NCBI RefSeq assembly: GCF_016432865.1
Contig: NC_067401.1
Coordinates: 26,474,001 to 26,538,000 of the forward strand
Source: Antechinus flavipes
Lineage: Eukaryota
DNA length: 64,000 nt
Direction of reading: 5' to 3'
The translations under genes and the position numbers were made by a program. The notes below the pieces were generated by a model. The model had not been told where the DNA came from, did no database searches, and worked only from the letters and a program-made list of their open reading frames with translations. Of this stretch, positions 49,518 to 63,260 are shown piece by piece; the first letter of the stretch is position 1, and each line of letters opens with the position of its first letter.

Positions 49518-52254
49518 ATGGACTGTGGGGTCTGTTGCCTGAGAACCAATTTAGCTAAGCCCAGAGACTCATCATGAAACTGAACATAAGAGATGAATTT
49601 TCAACCACAACACCTCTTGTAGTCTGTCTACCATGTCAGTCAGTCAATCAATCCATCAATCAATGAGCATTTTTTTGGGCTTTTATCTTGTTAATTTTAT
49701 TTATTTTTAACATTCAGTTTTAAAGTTTTTAGTTCCCAAGTCTCTCCCTCCCGCCAGCTCCTTCCCCACTTTTTGAAAAGGCGAGTAATATGATGCCCAT
49801 TATACATGTGAAGTCACGCGAAACAGATTTCCATATTAGCCTCAACAAGCATTTATTAAGTGCCAGGCACTGTGCTCAGCACTGGGAATAAAAAGACAAA
49901 GTGATAGTCTCTGACTTGAATTCCAATATACATTCAATCAGGGAGACAAAATGTATATAAGAAAACGTTCAAGACCCAGTCGCAAACATTTATTGCAAGT
50001 CATAACCTCTCAGTGCCCCTGGCAACAATCTGGGAAAGTAGAGACCTATTTCTTTATCAGATAGCTCCTTGCATCAGGGAAATCATAGGGATAGTCTCTA
50101 TCCCATTAGCATATATAAAATGTTGGTGGGGAGAAGGGCTGGTTGCTAGAGAGATCAGGAAAGAAGTCAGGCAGACCTAAAACTATGTTCTAAAGCAGTA
50201 GTCTTCAAAACCATTTGGTACGGGCTAAAAAATAGAGTGGTGGATCAGTAGAATAGACACGCACAAGGAAAGAAATCATGAGACAGAAATGAGAAGGGAG
50301 GGCATTTCAAGCAAGGGGAACAGCCCGGGCAAAAGTCGGTGACAAGGCATGGAATGTTGGGAGAGAAAGGCAGCAAGAAGGGACAATTTAATTTCAAGTA
50401 GAAGATGGCAAGACCTTGCAACCTTTGTTGGTAGAAGGTATTGCTCACTGGGATGAAACTTTGTGTTCTTGGAGTTTAAGAGTATTCCATAATAAATCAT
50501 CTGTCTGCAGAGTTTCCATATTTGTGATATCTCATTCACCCTCAAAAACTTGCAGAAATTGAGCACAGAGGCAATATGACACAGCGAACAGCCTTGGGTC
50601 AAAAGGACCTGAGTTCAAATCTTCCCTTTTTTACCCACAAGCCATTTGACCTTGGACAAGTCATGTAACTGTATATTTAACCTTCTATGTTACCTAGGAC
50701 TTGTGATGGAGAGAAAATAATAGCTAGCATTTTCTATAGCGCTTTAAAGTGTTGTAAATCCCGTTTCAGACAGGATCTTGCTGGCTCCTCGTGACAACTC
50801 TGGGAGGGAGATGCTATATTATCCCTGTTGTACAGATCTGCCTGAGTTATAACTTTCGTTCCATTTCCCCACGTGGCTACCATAAGAGAAGCTCTCCGGA
50901 CAGGTGATTATTACTCCCAAACTTCAAGAACCCAGGTTTCATCCCCATGAACATCACTCTCTACCAACAAAGATTTCAGGACCTTGCCATCCTGTACTTG
51001 AAATTTAAACTTTCCATTATGCTTTCCTCACTTATGTCGTCGTGAGTCAGAGCTCAGGAGGTAAGGGATAGACTAAAATCGGTCCCCCCTAGGAGGGTGA
51101 CATCCTAACTGGGGAGAGTTCTTTCAATTCTACAGGCATTTATTATGTGCCAACTATATGCAAGGCTATGCTAAGTGCCAAGGAAAGAAAAATATGATTA
51201 AAATAGTCCTGCCTTCAAGGAGCTTCCTATCTACATAGATATAAAATAAATATATATGTATGTATATTATAATAATATACAGAATAATATACTCTCTATA
51301 TATAATTTATATCTGTAAATATTATATATTATACATAAAATATGAAGATAATCAAAAATATAAGCTATGGCAACCTATTGAATGCCACTAATAGTTCACA
51401 CAACTTACATCTCACATAGATCTTCAAGGTTTTATAAAAGTAAATACATTCCTCACAGCATGCCCCTGAGGTAAATCAAGGATTCTTAGGCCCATTTTAG
51501 AGAAAAGAATACTATATCTCAGATAGGTGAAGTGACTAGGTCAGGGTCACTTAGCTAGAGAGTGTCAAAATATGCAGTAGTACAGGGAAATATCACCAGA
51601 GCCCCTGGGATAAACTAATCACTAACACCTGCTATATGCTAAGTACTCTGCTAGGTGATATCATATATGGACAAAAATCCTAAATAATGTTGCCCTCGAG
51701 AGTCTGGGGGGTTGGAAGCTGAGAGAAAGGAAGACCAATCTGGAGGTTTTGCAGTTTGTGGGGAAGCAGGTCTGGAATGAAAAGAAAGGGAAGAGAAAGT
51801 TGGAACTGGACCTTTAAGAACATGTATAACCTATATCAGATTGCTTGCTGTCTTGGGAAGGGGGGAAGGTAAGGGAGGGAGGGAGAAAAAAAAATTTGGA
51901 ACTCAAAATGAATGTTGAAAACTATCTTTCCATGTAATTGGAAAAATAAAATACTATCAAAATTTTTAAAAAGAATAATTGAATGAATGAAATAAATGAA
52001 TCCACAAGAAGGATTATAATTCATATTTATTAAGCATAGTGCCTGGGATATAATAATAGCTAGAGAGAATCTAGCCTTGGACACTTACTTTATTAGTTGT
52101 GTGACTCTGGCCAAGTCACTTAACCCTGATGGCACACCTATCCCCAAAAAGAGCAGCATCCATTAGACAAAAACATGGGTGCCGTAGTTGAGTAGAAATA
52201 GCACAGGGTTTGGAAGCTTAGACAACTGGGTTGGAATCCTTGACTTTGTGATCC

Positions 52255-52530
52255 TTCTCAAATACTCAGGGAAGAGGGTTCAGCTTTGTTCTGCTTGGCC
52301 CAAAGGAAGAACAGAGAACAGTGGGTGGAAGTTAGAAGGAGGCAGGAAAAACTTTGTACCCATGAGAACTATCAGAAATTGGAGCAAGCCATCCTGGTAG
52401 TGACTTCTCCTTTGTTGACGATTTTAAAAGTAGAGGCCGAATAAACATAAGTTGGGGAATTAGTGGGGAACAGGTTGGCTAGATTGCTACTGAAGTTCCT
52501 TCTAACTCCAAAAGTCTGTGATTCTGTGAT
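52255..52530 (+). mobile_element. L3/CR1 3' end remnant
   Basis: ttgttctgcttggcccaaagg…gggtggaagttagaagg…gaggccgaataa…gttccttctaactcc…ctgtgattctgtgat. Confidence 0.7.
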
Positions 52531-53501
52531 AACAAAGTGACCTTGGGCAAATGGCACTATCTCCCTGAAGATCAGTTTCCCCATCTGTAAAATGAAGGGA
52601 TTGAACTACATGACCTCTACGGGTCCTTTCCAGCACTGGATCTGTGCTAATAATAATAGCCAACATTTACATGGTGATTTGAGGTTTGCCAAAATACTTT
52701 ACATATATTATCTCATTGGATCCTAATCTATGATCCTAACAAGGCAAGGGAGAGGATTTGGACAAAGGCATGGGCTGGGATTGTACCCTTGCTTTGCAGA
52801 ACATTTTTCCTCCAGTAAAAGAATCTTGTGAGACTGGAGAGAGAGTGTGGGGCCAGATAAGAGAAAGCCTTAAATGCTAAGTTAAGGAGTCCCTGCTCTC
52901 ATGCTGAGGAGCTTTAAAAGGTTCTAGAGATGAGAAAAGTTTGACACGATAGTGTTTAAGAAAGATCAATGTATTGAAGGTGTGCATTGTTGGGGGTCGG
53001 GAGTTAAGGGGAGTCACTAAGGGGAAGAAAGACCAGTTTGGAGGTTTTGCAGTAGCTGTGAGGAAGGAGATCTGGAATGAAAAGACAGAAAAGGAAAGGA
53101 CGGATAAAAGGCACATTGTGAAGGTAGAAATGGTAAGACTGTTGACCAGCTGCATGAGAATCAAGAAGATGAAGGAAACAGGAAGAAGGAAAGAAACAAG
53201 AATGATCCATATAACTGGAGGGGTTTTGTTTAATGTTAAAGTGATGGACAGTTGGGCCCAAGAGTGGGATGGTCTTTTTGGCACCTTCCACCAGCTTCCT
53301 ACTGAGCCAGAGAAGGCAGCTCATCTCACGAGATGCTGTAGAAAATGTCAGATTTAAAGACAGAAGACTTTGACTGAATCTTTCTCACTCTGCCATTTGC
53401 TCTATCTCTGTGCCTTTGGGCAAGATATTTGATCCAGTTATCCTTGGACCTCAGTTTCCTCATTTGTAAATGAGCAGTTTGGACTGGGTTGCAGATAATA
53501 A

Positions 53502-53502
<1 letters not shown>

Positions 53503-53550
<48 letters not shown>
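53503..53550. repeat. (CA)24 microsatellite
   Basis: Read directly from the sequence. Confidence 0.95.
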
Positions 53551-53551
<1 letters not shown>

Positions 53552-54658
53552 CTTTAAGGTTTGTAAAGCCCTTTACCCATTATTTCTTTTGATCCTTACA
53601 ACCATCCTGAGCTAAGTATACTTATTACCCTCATTTTACAGATTAAGGAAACTGAGGTTATGAAGATTCCAATGACTTATTCAGCGTTAGAAAATTCTGA
53701 ATTAGGATTCAGACTAGGGCTCTGGCTGGGAATGAGGCAGAGGTCACATTGCCAACAAATGTCTCTGCCCAGACCTCTGCTTAGTCCAATCTCTTAGTCA
53801 ATAAAGCATTTACTAAGAGCCTACTATGTGCCAGTCACACAAGGGCAAAAGTAAAACAGCCTCTTTGCCCTTTCTATTCTTCTGGATGTTTGAAACATAA
53901 AACTGTTCTCTCTGGGTGATTTTGGATTTAGTAGAGGGAACAGCAAGTATGGATTTCACCAAGAGAAAAGGATTATAATTCATATTTATTAAGCATAGTG
54001 CCTGGGACATAATAATAGCTAGAGAGCATATAGGTCTTTAGGTACGCAAAGAACTTCAATTACATTGCCTCATTGGATCCTCACAACTGCTCTGTAAAGT
54101 AGATATTATTATTATATATATTACAGATAAGGAAACCGTAACAGGCTGAGGTAAAGTTACTTTCTGAGAGTCATGCAGCTAGTAAATATCTGAGGCAGGA
54201 TTTGAACTAACTTTTTCCTGATTACAATTTTGGGGGCCTCTGAGGTTCTTAGAGTAACAGTAGGCACTTAATAAATGCTTATTATTTGGTTGGTTGATTT
54301 TTATAGTACTTTAAGGTTTTTACAAAGCACTTTACTCAGTATCACTATAAATCAGGTGTTATCCCCATTTTATAGAGGAGAAAATGGAGGTTCTGAGAGG
54401 TTGTACCTCTTTTGGTACTAGTAAGCATCTGTGGTATGGAGCAGCTAGATGACTTTTAGATTAAGCAGCAATGGAGGAAGGGCTTTGAATACTCTTCAGT
54501 TAAGGAGTAGAGAATTTAACTTGGAGAGTTATCGAAGGTTTCTAAGCCAAAGATTTTTTTCTTGTCCCTGTGCCAAGAATACCCAGGTATGACCCTCATT
54601 CATTCATCCACTCAACAAACATTTCTTTATTTACTTTTATTTTATCACTTTCATTTCT

Positions 54659-54827
54659 TTTTTATTATTATAGCTTTTTATTGACAGAACATAGGCATGA
54701 GTAATTTTTCAGCACTGACCCTTGCAAACACTTCTGATCCAACTTTTACTTCCTTCCCTTCACCCTCTCCCCAGATGGCAGGCAGTCTCATACATGTTAA
54801 ACATGTTCTATACAGTATATGTATTGT
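54659..54827 (-). mobile_element. short L1 3' end
   Basis: tagctttttattgacagaac…ccccagatggcaggcagtc. 10-bp TSD tttcatttct at 54649-54658 and 54828-54837. Confidence 0.8.
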
Positions 54828-55306
54828 TTTCATTTCTGAATATTTCTCTCCCTCACCCATCCCCATCAACTCATTCCTTATAATAGAGTTAAAAAGAGAA
54901 AAAGTAATTCAGTAAAACCAACCAAAGCATCAAATGAATTTGACAGTGGATGCGGCATTCTGTTCCCATAGTCTCCCCACCTCGGCAAAGACAACAACGA
55001 GGTCTATTTTGCCCTCTCTTCTTCAAGGACAAGTTTAGTCGTTGCAGTCACCAAAGTGTCCCGTCCCTCTATTTTGTTCTTTCCACTTATATTGCTGAAT
55101 CATTGCACATCTCGTTTTCTGGGCTACGCTTATTTTGTCACTCTGCATCAATTCAGCCAAGTTTTCCTATACTTCTCTAAATTCTTCATCATGTCATATT
55201 CCTTTACATTCTTGTACAATGTATTTAGTCATTCCCCCAATCAACGAGTACCAGCTTTGTTTCCAGTTCTTTGCTACTTTGTGACTTTGCAAAAAGCCAC
55301 AGCATC

Positions 55307-56072
55307 AAGTGAAATGAGCAGAACCAAGACATCATCATACAGGGCAACAACAAGATTATACGATGATCAATTCTAACGGCCGTGGCTCTCTTCAACAATG
55401 AGATGATTTACGCCAGTTCCAATGGTCTTGTGATGAGGAGAGCCATCTGCACCCAGAGAGAGGATTGTGGGAACTCAATGTGAATCATAATAGAATCTTT
55501 TTGCCTTTGTGGTTGTCACTTGCTTGCATTTTATTTTCTTACTCATTTTTTCCCTTTTTGATCTGATTTTTCTTGAGCAGCAAGATAATTGTGGAAATAT
55601 GTGTAAAAGAATTGAACGTGTTTAGCATATATTGGGTTACTTGCAATCTAAGGAAGGAGGTGAAGGGAAGGGAAGGAGAAAAAATTTGGAAAACAAGGTT
55701 TTGCAAGAGTGAAACTATCTATGCATATGTTTTGAAAATAAAAGGCTCTGACCAAATGTGAATCACAACATAGCATTTTCACTTCTTCTGTTGTTGTTTT
55801 CTTGAATTTTATTTTCCTTCTCATTTTTTCCCTTTCTGATTCTTCTTGGGCTGTAAGATAATTGCATAAATACATATGCTTATGTTGGATTTACATATAT
55901 TTTTACCATGTTTAACATATTATCAGATCACTTGCCATCTAGGAGAGAGGGTGGGGAGAAAGGGAGGAAAATTAGAAAACAAGATTTTGCAAGGGTCAGT
56001 GGTGAAAAATTATCCTTGCATATGTTTTGAAAATAAAAAGCTTCAATAAAAAAAACACAATTTTTTTCAATA
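55307..56072 (+). mobile_element. composite insertion of two head-to-tail L1 3'UTR units
   Basis: Unit 1 ~55307-55752 and unit 2 ~55755-56055. One 16-bp TSD around both: aaaaagccacagcatc (55291-55306) and aaaaagtcacagcatc (56073-56088). Confidence 0.8.
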
Positions 56073-57809
56073 AAAAAGTCACAGCATCTAGTTTTATTTT
56101 AACATTTATTAAGCACCTATTATATACCTAATGATGTCCCACTCCAATTTGTCAGTGATCTTCCTAAAATGTGCCATCCACAATGGAACCCTCCGTACCA
56201 GCTGGGCTGCAATCAGAGCAGAATACAGTAAGACATGATTTCTTCTCCCAAAGCCTCTGCAGTCCAATGTGACTGGACTTCCTTCTGTTTCTCAAACATG
56301 GAACCAACCTCTGTGCCCGCTTGCCCTTCATTAATTCTGATTCAGAATTCCTCTAGTCCTTCAAGAGGCACCTCAGGCACCATCTAAGATCCCTTGACTT
56401 CTAGTGCCCTTTCTCCCAAACAACTTTGAATCAATTCACTTTATGTTAGTACTATATATATAAATTATTAATTGGTTGGTTGATTTTTATAGTACTTTAA
56501 GTACTAGAATATATATATTAAACTTAGATCATGTCTCACCAATTAAAATGTAAACTCCTTGAGGGCAGGTTCTGCTTTTTTTCTATTTCTTTGTATCCCC
56601 AGTGTCTAGCACAAGTTCTGAGGACTCAGAGCTACCTGACAAATATTTCTTAATTGGTCAAGTGATTGATTAGTATCTCTCTCATTCTACTTTGCTTTGA
56701 GAATTCCCCAAGGAGAAAATCCTCCCTTGGCCTCCATAAAAGCCTCCTCCATGCCCCAGATTGCAAGCTCTGGCAGGTTCTCCCAAGTTGGAGAAGCTTC
56801 AAGCAAGGGCCTGGCAGCAGATCACATCTGCTGTCCGAGGACCAGCGGGGTTACGTTTCCAGAGGCTCATTACTGACTCGGCTACAGGGTGATTAATTTT
56901 TTAACTATTGCTACTCTCCAAGATTGCCTGCTAAGTAGTAAATGGGTTTTGATCTATGTTGAGAGACGGAGGTCCCAAACAGATCCGTAAAATATTGATG
57001 CAGCTGCAGTGGGAGGGGGATGGGTTCTCTGTGTGCGGTAAGGGCATGGGGCCGGCCGCCTGCTCTCAGTTCACAGAATCAATGTATCTCAGCACTGGAT
57101 GGGCCCTCTAGGCCGAGCCCTGCCTAAATTAGAATCTTCTCCGTGAAGGGGAGGGAGTGCTAGATTTGAAACAGGGAAGACCCTAATGCTAATCGAGACT
57201 CAGTCATCAGTTGTGGGACCTTGGGTTAACATTTCTCAGCCTCAGTTTCCTCATCTGTAAGATGAAGATAATAAAAGCACCTACTTCCCGGGGTTATTGT
57301 GTGAGAATCCACCGGGATAATATATACAGAAAGCACCTTGCAATCCATAAAATGCTATATAAATGCTAATTATTATAAATGTTACAGGGTACTCAGCAAT
57401 GAGTTTTCTAATAATGCTTGAGGACTTCCAGTAATGGGGAGGTCCCTCCTTTCCTGAGTCTGCTCATTCCATTTTGGGATGGGTCTAATCATAGATCGGC
57501 ACAGAGCTAGAGTAGCAAAGGACCTTGGAGGCATGGAGCTCAATCCCTTCATCATACAGATGAATCCCAGAGAAGTTAAATGACATCACCATATGTGGGT
57601 CTTGCTTTTCTCTGTGTATCCCAAATGCTTATCACAGCACTTGGTACATTGTAAGTGTTTAATCATTTTTTTTTCATTCATTCACTCATTGCCCAAAGTC
57701 ACACAGCTAGTAAGTGGCCCAGCTGAGCTTCGAATCCGAGTTCTCTGACTCCAAATCTGCTGCTTCCCCTTTACACCTTTTCCCATTCCCAACCAGGCTA
57801 CTTTCTTCT

Positions 57810-58017
57810 TGTTGTTGTTTAGTTATAACTGGTCACATCTGACTCTTGATGACTTTTCTTGATGGAGATACTGGAGTGGTTGGCCATTTCTTTCTCCAAC
57901 CCATTTCACAAATGAGGAAACTGAGACAAGTGAGGTAAAGTGACTTGCCCAGGATCCCTCAGCTATTAAGTGTCTGAGACTGTATTTGAACTCAGGACTT
58001 TCTGACTCCAGGCTGCC
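57810..58017 (-). mobile_element. MAR1-type SINE
   Basis: gttgttgtttagtt…gatactggagtggttggccatttc…tttgaactcaggac…ggctgcccc. Confidence 0.8.
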
Positions 58018-58029
58018 CCAAACTTCTTC

Positions 58030-58520
58030 CTTACATGGAACCAACATCTGGATCTTTGGAACTTCTGCCCTTTGCTCTAGTTCATCCCTCTGGAGCCAAG
58101 TGGAACAAATCTACTCCCTCTTCCATCCCCTAGCCGTTCAGATACTTGAAGACAGCTGTCAGGTGCCCCTTAGTCTTCTCCGGTTCCTTCCTGGATCTTT
58201 ATATGGCCTGATCTTGAGGGCCTCTGGCAGCCATGCTGGTGCTTCCTGGACCTTCTCCAACTTGACACTGTCCTTCCTAAAATGGTCATCCAGATCTGAA
58301 CCCAAGACTCCATGTCCTTCCTAGGTTGAGATCTGAAAAGGAGCCCTGTGGCCGTGCTCCAGACACGGTGCTACCGTCTCCCCGGGCCCGGACATGACTT
58401 TTTTAAATGCAGCTCAACGTGGCATTTTGCCTGCAACAGTGCTCTGTTGATTTATAGTGAGCTTGCAGCCCCAGATCTTTTTCAAATGAATAGCTACTAG
58501 CTCTGCCTCTCCAACCTTGG
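58030..58520 (-). mobile_element. L3/CR1 remnant
   Basis: Antisense L3 text: cagatacttgaagacagctgtca…ccttcctaaaatgg…ccagatctgaac…gagcttgcagccccagatctttttcaaatgaa. Confidence 0.65.
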
Positions 58521-59210
58521 ATTTTTTATTCAAAGATTATTATTATCATCATCAGATGATTAATAATAATAGCTAACAATTAAAACCCGGAGCTTATCCT
58601 AATAGAGCTTGAGGTCTAGAAGGAGAGATAAGAGACATCCACAAAAAACGCTACTGCCCACTGAAATATTGTGAATGCAAAAGAGAATTGTAAAAAGTGT
58701 TCTCTGGCTTCATGGTGGGGGAGGATGGAGGGGATCAGGGAAACCTTTGTGGGGAGAGAGAGACACCTGAGTTGGAACCTTGGGCCATAGGAGGGGTGGG
58801 AGGGGCTCAGATGGGGAGTGATCCTCTCAGGCAGAAAGCATGGAGGACTCGTTTAAGAACAGTCTCCCTGGATCATTCTGAATAAAGACCTTCAATGGCA
58901 GGCTTAGAGACTGGACTTGGTTTTGTAGCCATTGGGGAACTATGGAAGAGTTCTGAGCTGGAAAGGGATGTGATCAGAACTAAGACCTAAGACTTCAGAG
59001 CTGAAAGCCAGAGCACTTTTCAAAATATAATAACTAAATTCATGAAAATAAAGAAACCTTGCCCTGCTCTGAATCCTTCACCCCTCAATGGGCACATGGA
59101 CTATTGCAATTGCTTCCCAATTCTTTTCTTACTATTCTTAAATGATTTTCATTTCCAGGCTCTCTCTTCCTGATTCCAACCTTCCACATAGCTTCCAAAA
59201 TAGTAGTTTC

Positions 59211-59339
59211 TTTTTTTTTTCCCCTGAGGCAATTGGGGTTAAGTGACTTGCCCAGGGTCCCACAGTTGGGGAAGTGTTAAGTGTCTGAGACCAGATTTGA
59301 TCTCATGCCCTCCTGACTTCAGGGCTGGTGCTCTATCCA
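59211..59339 (-). mobile_element. 5'-truncated WSINE1-type SINE
   Basis: 16-bp TSD with 1 mismatch: ccaaaatagtagtttc (59195-59210) and ccaaaatagtattttc (59340-59355). Confidence 0.85.
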
Positions 59340-61815
59340 CCAAAATAGTATTTTCTAAAGCACAGCTCTGACAATCTCAGTTCAAGAATCTTCAATGGCT
59401 CCCTATTCCCTCTAGGAGCTCCCTCAGTGTCTGTGGGGTCTTCAATGTCAATCTCCTCCTCAAATTACATTGTACCTGCCCGTTAAGGGTTCAGGCCACT
59501 CCTGGGTCCGACTGAAGCTCTTTGAGGGCAGGAAAAGCTCGTGTTTTCTTTCTGTTCCATATCCCCGGTGCCTAGGGAATATGTATGTACCACATAGGAG
59601 GTACTCCATAAATGATGAGGCAAATTGAATCTGTCACTGCTCCATGAATGATTGATGCTTTGAGGTGAATTGAATCTGTCACCAGTGACTCTCGATGACT
59701 CAGAGAGGCAGTTGAGCTGAAAAAAGGCAGTTAAGTGATACAGTGGATAGAGCATCAGGGCCCGATTCAAATATAACCTCAGGTACTTATTGCTGTGTGA
59801 TCCTGGCAATTCACTTAACCTTGGTCTGCCTCAGTTTCCTAAACTGTAAAACGGATTTACTTATAGTACCTACCTCCCTGCGTGGTGAAGTTCAAAGTAA
59901 GTGTTTGTAAAACACTCAGTCCAGATGCTAGACAAATGCTGCCCATTATTATTAATTATGCAGCCTGTGACCTTTGCCCCCATGGTCCTCTTGGTCAGTA
60001 TCCCCTATCTTTTCCCTCTACTCATGAGGTAACCTCCTACCATAACTGACCCTCATGGGTCCCTGAAGAAGCGAAGAGGTGCCTTCTGGATCTCGTCTCA
60101 AACCTACCTCTCCTGACATCACTAGATCAGTGGCCCATAGGTTTAAAACTGGAAAGGCCCTTAGGGACAATCCTAAACTCAACAAATATTTATCTTTTAA
60201 GTATTTTATTGGTGTCTTTTGTTTTTCTCTGTTGTTATATATTTCTTTCATGAAAACAAATTTTATTGATAGCTTGTGTTTTTACATCACCTATATTTCC
60301 CAGTATATCCCCCTAGAGAGCCATCCCTTATTACAAAGAATAAAAAAGGAAGGGAAAACACAGTTTCATAAAACTACCAACACATCAACCAAATCCAATG
60401 TAATATTGCCAACTCAACGCCCCCACCCTCACCCCTAAATAAGCAAGGACAGAAGGTGCTTTTTCATATTTTCTCTGGGGCCAAACAATCATAATTTCAC
60501 AGTCTTCAGTTTTGTTCCTTTTTATTGTTGTTTCCGTGTACATTGTAGTCATTATGTATATTGTTTTGATTTAATTAGTAGAGAGAGAGCTGGCCTGAGC
60601 AAGTCTTCTAATATCTCGATGCTCTTGAGTTGTAATCAATTGCAGAGAAGATGTTGACCCATAGCTCTGAGGGAGTTTCCTTATTTCGTGATTCATCTTA
60701 AGAAAAACTAAATAAAATAGAAATTGCAAATATTAAAAATAATAACCAGCCTTTATGTAGCGCTTTTAGGTTTGCAAAGCATGTGTTGTCTCATTTAATC
60801 CCCATGACGATCCTGGGAGGTGGATGCTATCATTATTCCTGTTCTACAGATGAGGTTAAGGGAGTTAAAATGTTCAGGGTCACACGATCGACAAGTATCT
60901 GAGGCAATATTTGAATCTCAAGTCTTCTTGACTTCAAGTACCCCAGAGAATAGAAAATGAGAATTGTACACGAACTGGAGATGAGTCTTCATTCTGAACA
61001 ACTTGCTCTTTTATTTAAGAAGATAATATGATAAGTACACCCCATAGCTTTCAAAGCTGGCCGGCTAATCTGGACTTCTTTCAAGCCTTTCTTCTATCCT
61101 CTTCCTGATACTTTTTAAAAAAAGATGCCGAAAGGTCCTCTTTCCTTTCTCTCATTTTCTTCTGTTCTATCCCTCTCCCTCATCTTCTTTCCCTCTATTA
61201 GAAAAAGAAGAAAGAAAAGCCTTTGAAACAAATATATGTAGGCAAGCAAAGCACATTCCCACATTGCATCCCAAAACCATATTTCTTCATTTGCAACTTG
61301 AATCCATCACCTCCCTGTCAAGAGGTAGGTAGAAGGCTTCATCATCGGTTGTCTGGGATTGTAGCATGCCATTATAACCCTGGGCCATGAATTATTTAGC
61401 CATTCCCCGATAGCTTTTCATTTTAGATCACCTAAATCTCTTTATAAAAAAAAAAAAAAGCAAAACTTTTTTTTGATGAACAAAAATACAAAAATTTATT
61501 TTTTTCTCCTTTCCATCTTTTCTTACTGGGAAAAGAAAAAAGAAAAAGAAAATGAAATACTTGTAACAAATATAAATAGTCAAGAAAAACGAATTCCCAC
61601 ATTGACCATATCCAAAAATTGCATATCTGTGCTCTGCAGTCCTTCTCTGTTAGTCGGTGAGTAGCACATTTCCTCTGAGATGCTCTGAACTCCTGATTGG
61701 TCATTGCATTGATCAAAGTTCTTAAGTCTTTGGAAATTTTTGATCCTGCTATATTGTTATTATTTTTCTGCTTCTAATTTCATACCAATTTTCTTTGAAA
61801 CCAATCTCTTAATTC

Positions 61816-61968
61816 TTTTTTTTTTTTTTTTGGCAAGGCAGTGGGACTTAAATGACTTCTCCAAGGTCACACAGCTAGTAAGTGTCTGAAGTTGGATTTG
61901 AACTCACATAATTGAATTTTCCTACATCTAAGCCTGAAGCTCTGTGCATTATGGTGCCACCTAGCGGT
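61816..61968 (-). mobile_element. WSINE1/MIR-type SINE with poly-T tail
   Basis: T16, then ggcaaggcagtgggacttaaatgac…aaggtcacacagctagtaagtgtctga…gccacctagc. Confidence 0.75.
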
Positions 61969-62084
61969 CGCAGTTGTAATAGAGGATATAATGGCCATCC
62001 CCAAGCTTGAAACATCCTTCTTCATCTCTACCCATCCCCATCCCTTCTTTGGCTTACTTCAAGTCGCAGTTAAATTCCCACTTA

Positions 62085-63260
62085 AATTTTTTTTAAATGA
62101 TCGCTTATTTTCAAATCATATGCATAGTTTTCAACATTCACCCTTGCAAAATCTTGTGTTCCAAATTTTTCTCTCCCTTCCCCCCACTCGCTCCCCTAGA
62201 TGGCAAGTAATCCAATCTATGTTAAACATGTGCAGTTCTTCTAAACATATTTCCACACTTATCTTGCTGCAGAAGAAAAATCAGATCAAAAGGGGGAAAA
62301 TGAGAAAGAAACCAAGATGCAAGCAAACTACAACAAAAAGAGTGAGAATGCTATGTTGTGAACCACACTCTGTTCCCACAGTTCTCTCTCTGGGTGCAGA
62401 CGGTTCTCTCTATCACAAGGCCATTGGAACTGGCCTGAATCCTCTCAGTGTGGAAGAGAGCCACGTCCTTCAGAATTGATCATCATGTGATCATCTATTG
62501 TGTAATCTTGTTGCTGCCGTGCACAATGTTCTCTTGGTTCTGCTCATTTCACTCAGCATCAGTTCCTGTAAGTCTCTCCAGGCCTCTCTAAAATCATCCT
62601 TTGGTCGTTTCTTACAGAACAATAATATTCCATAACATTCATATACCACAATTTACCCAGCCATTCTCCAACTGAAGGGCATCCACTCAGTTTCCAGTTT
62701 CTGGCCACTACAAAAAGGCCTCCACAAACATTTTTGCACATGTGGGTCCCTTTCTCTCCTTTAAGATTTCTTTGGGATATAAGCCCAGTAGTAACACTAC
62801 TGGGATATCCATAGTTTGATAGCTTTTTCCAAATTGCTCTCAGAATGGTTGGATCCATTCACAGCTCCCCCAACAATGGATCTGCGTCCCAGTTTTCCCA
62901 CGTTCCCTCCAACATTCATCATTATTTTTTCTTGTCATCTTAACCAATCTGAGAGGTGTGTAGTGGAACTTCAAAGTTGTTTTAATTTGCATTTCTCTGA
63001 TCAATAGTGACTTAGGGTATCTTTTTATGTGACTAGAAATGGTTTTAATTTCTTCATCTGAAAATTATCTGTTCATATCCTTTAACCATTTATCAATTGG
63101 AGAATGGCTTCTATTCATAAAATTGAGTCAATTCCCTATATATTTTAGAAATGAGGCCTTTCTCAGAACCCTTGGATGTAAAATTTTTTCCCCGGTTTTC
63201 TGCTTCCCTTCTCATCCTGTTTGCATTGGTTCTGTTTATACAAAGAATTTTAAACTTAAT
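62085..63260 (-). mobile_element. 5'-truncated L1 (ORF2 C-terminus and 3'UTR)
   Basis: Minus ORF 62559-62858 (…LFVVARNWKLSGCPSVGEWLGKLWYMNVMEYY…) is the L1 ORF2 C-terminus. L1 3'UTR at 62085-62550. Confidence 0.9.

Noticed and set aside
52974-53357. 127-aa ORF and its antisense partners
   Set aside because: Lies in an antisense L2 fragment; purine-rich composition explains the open frame.
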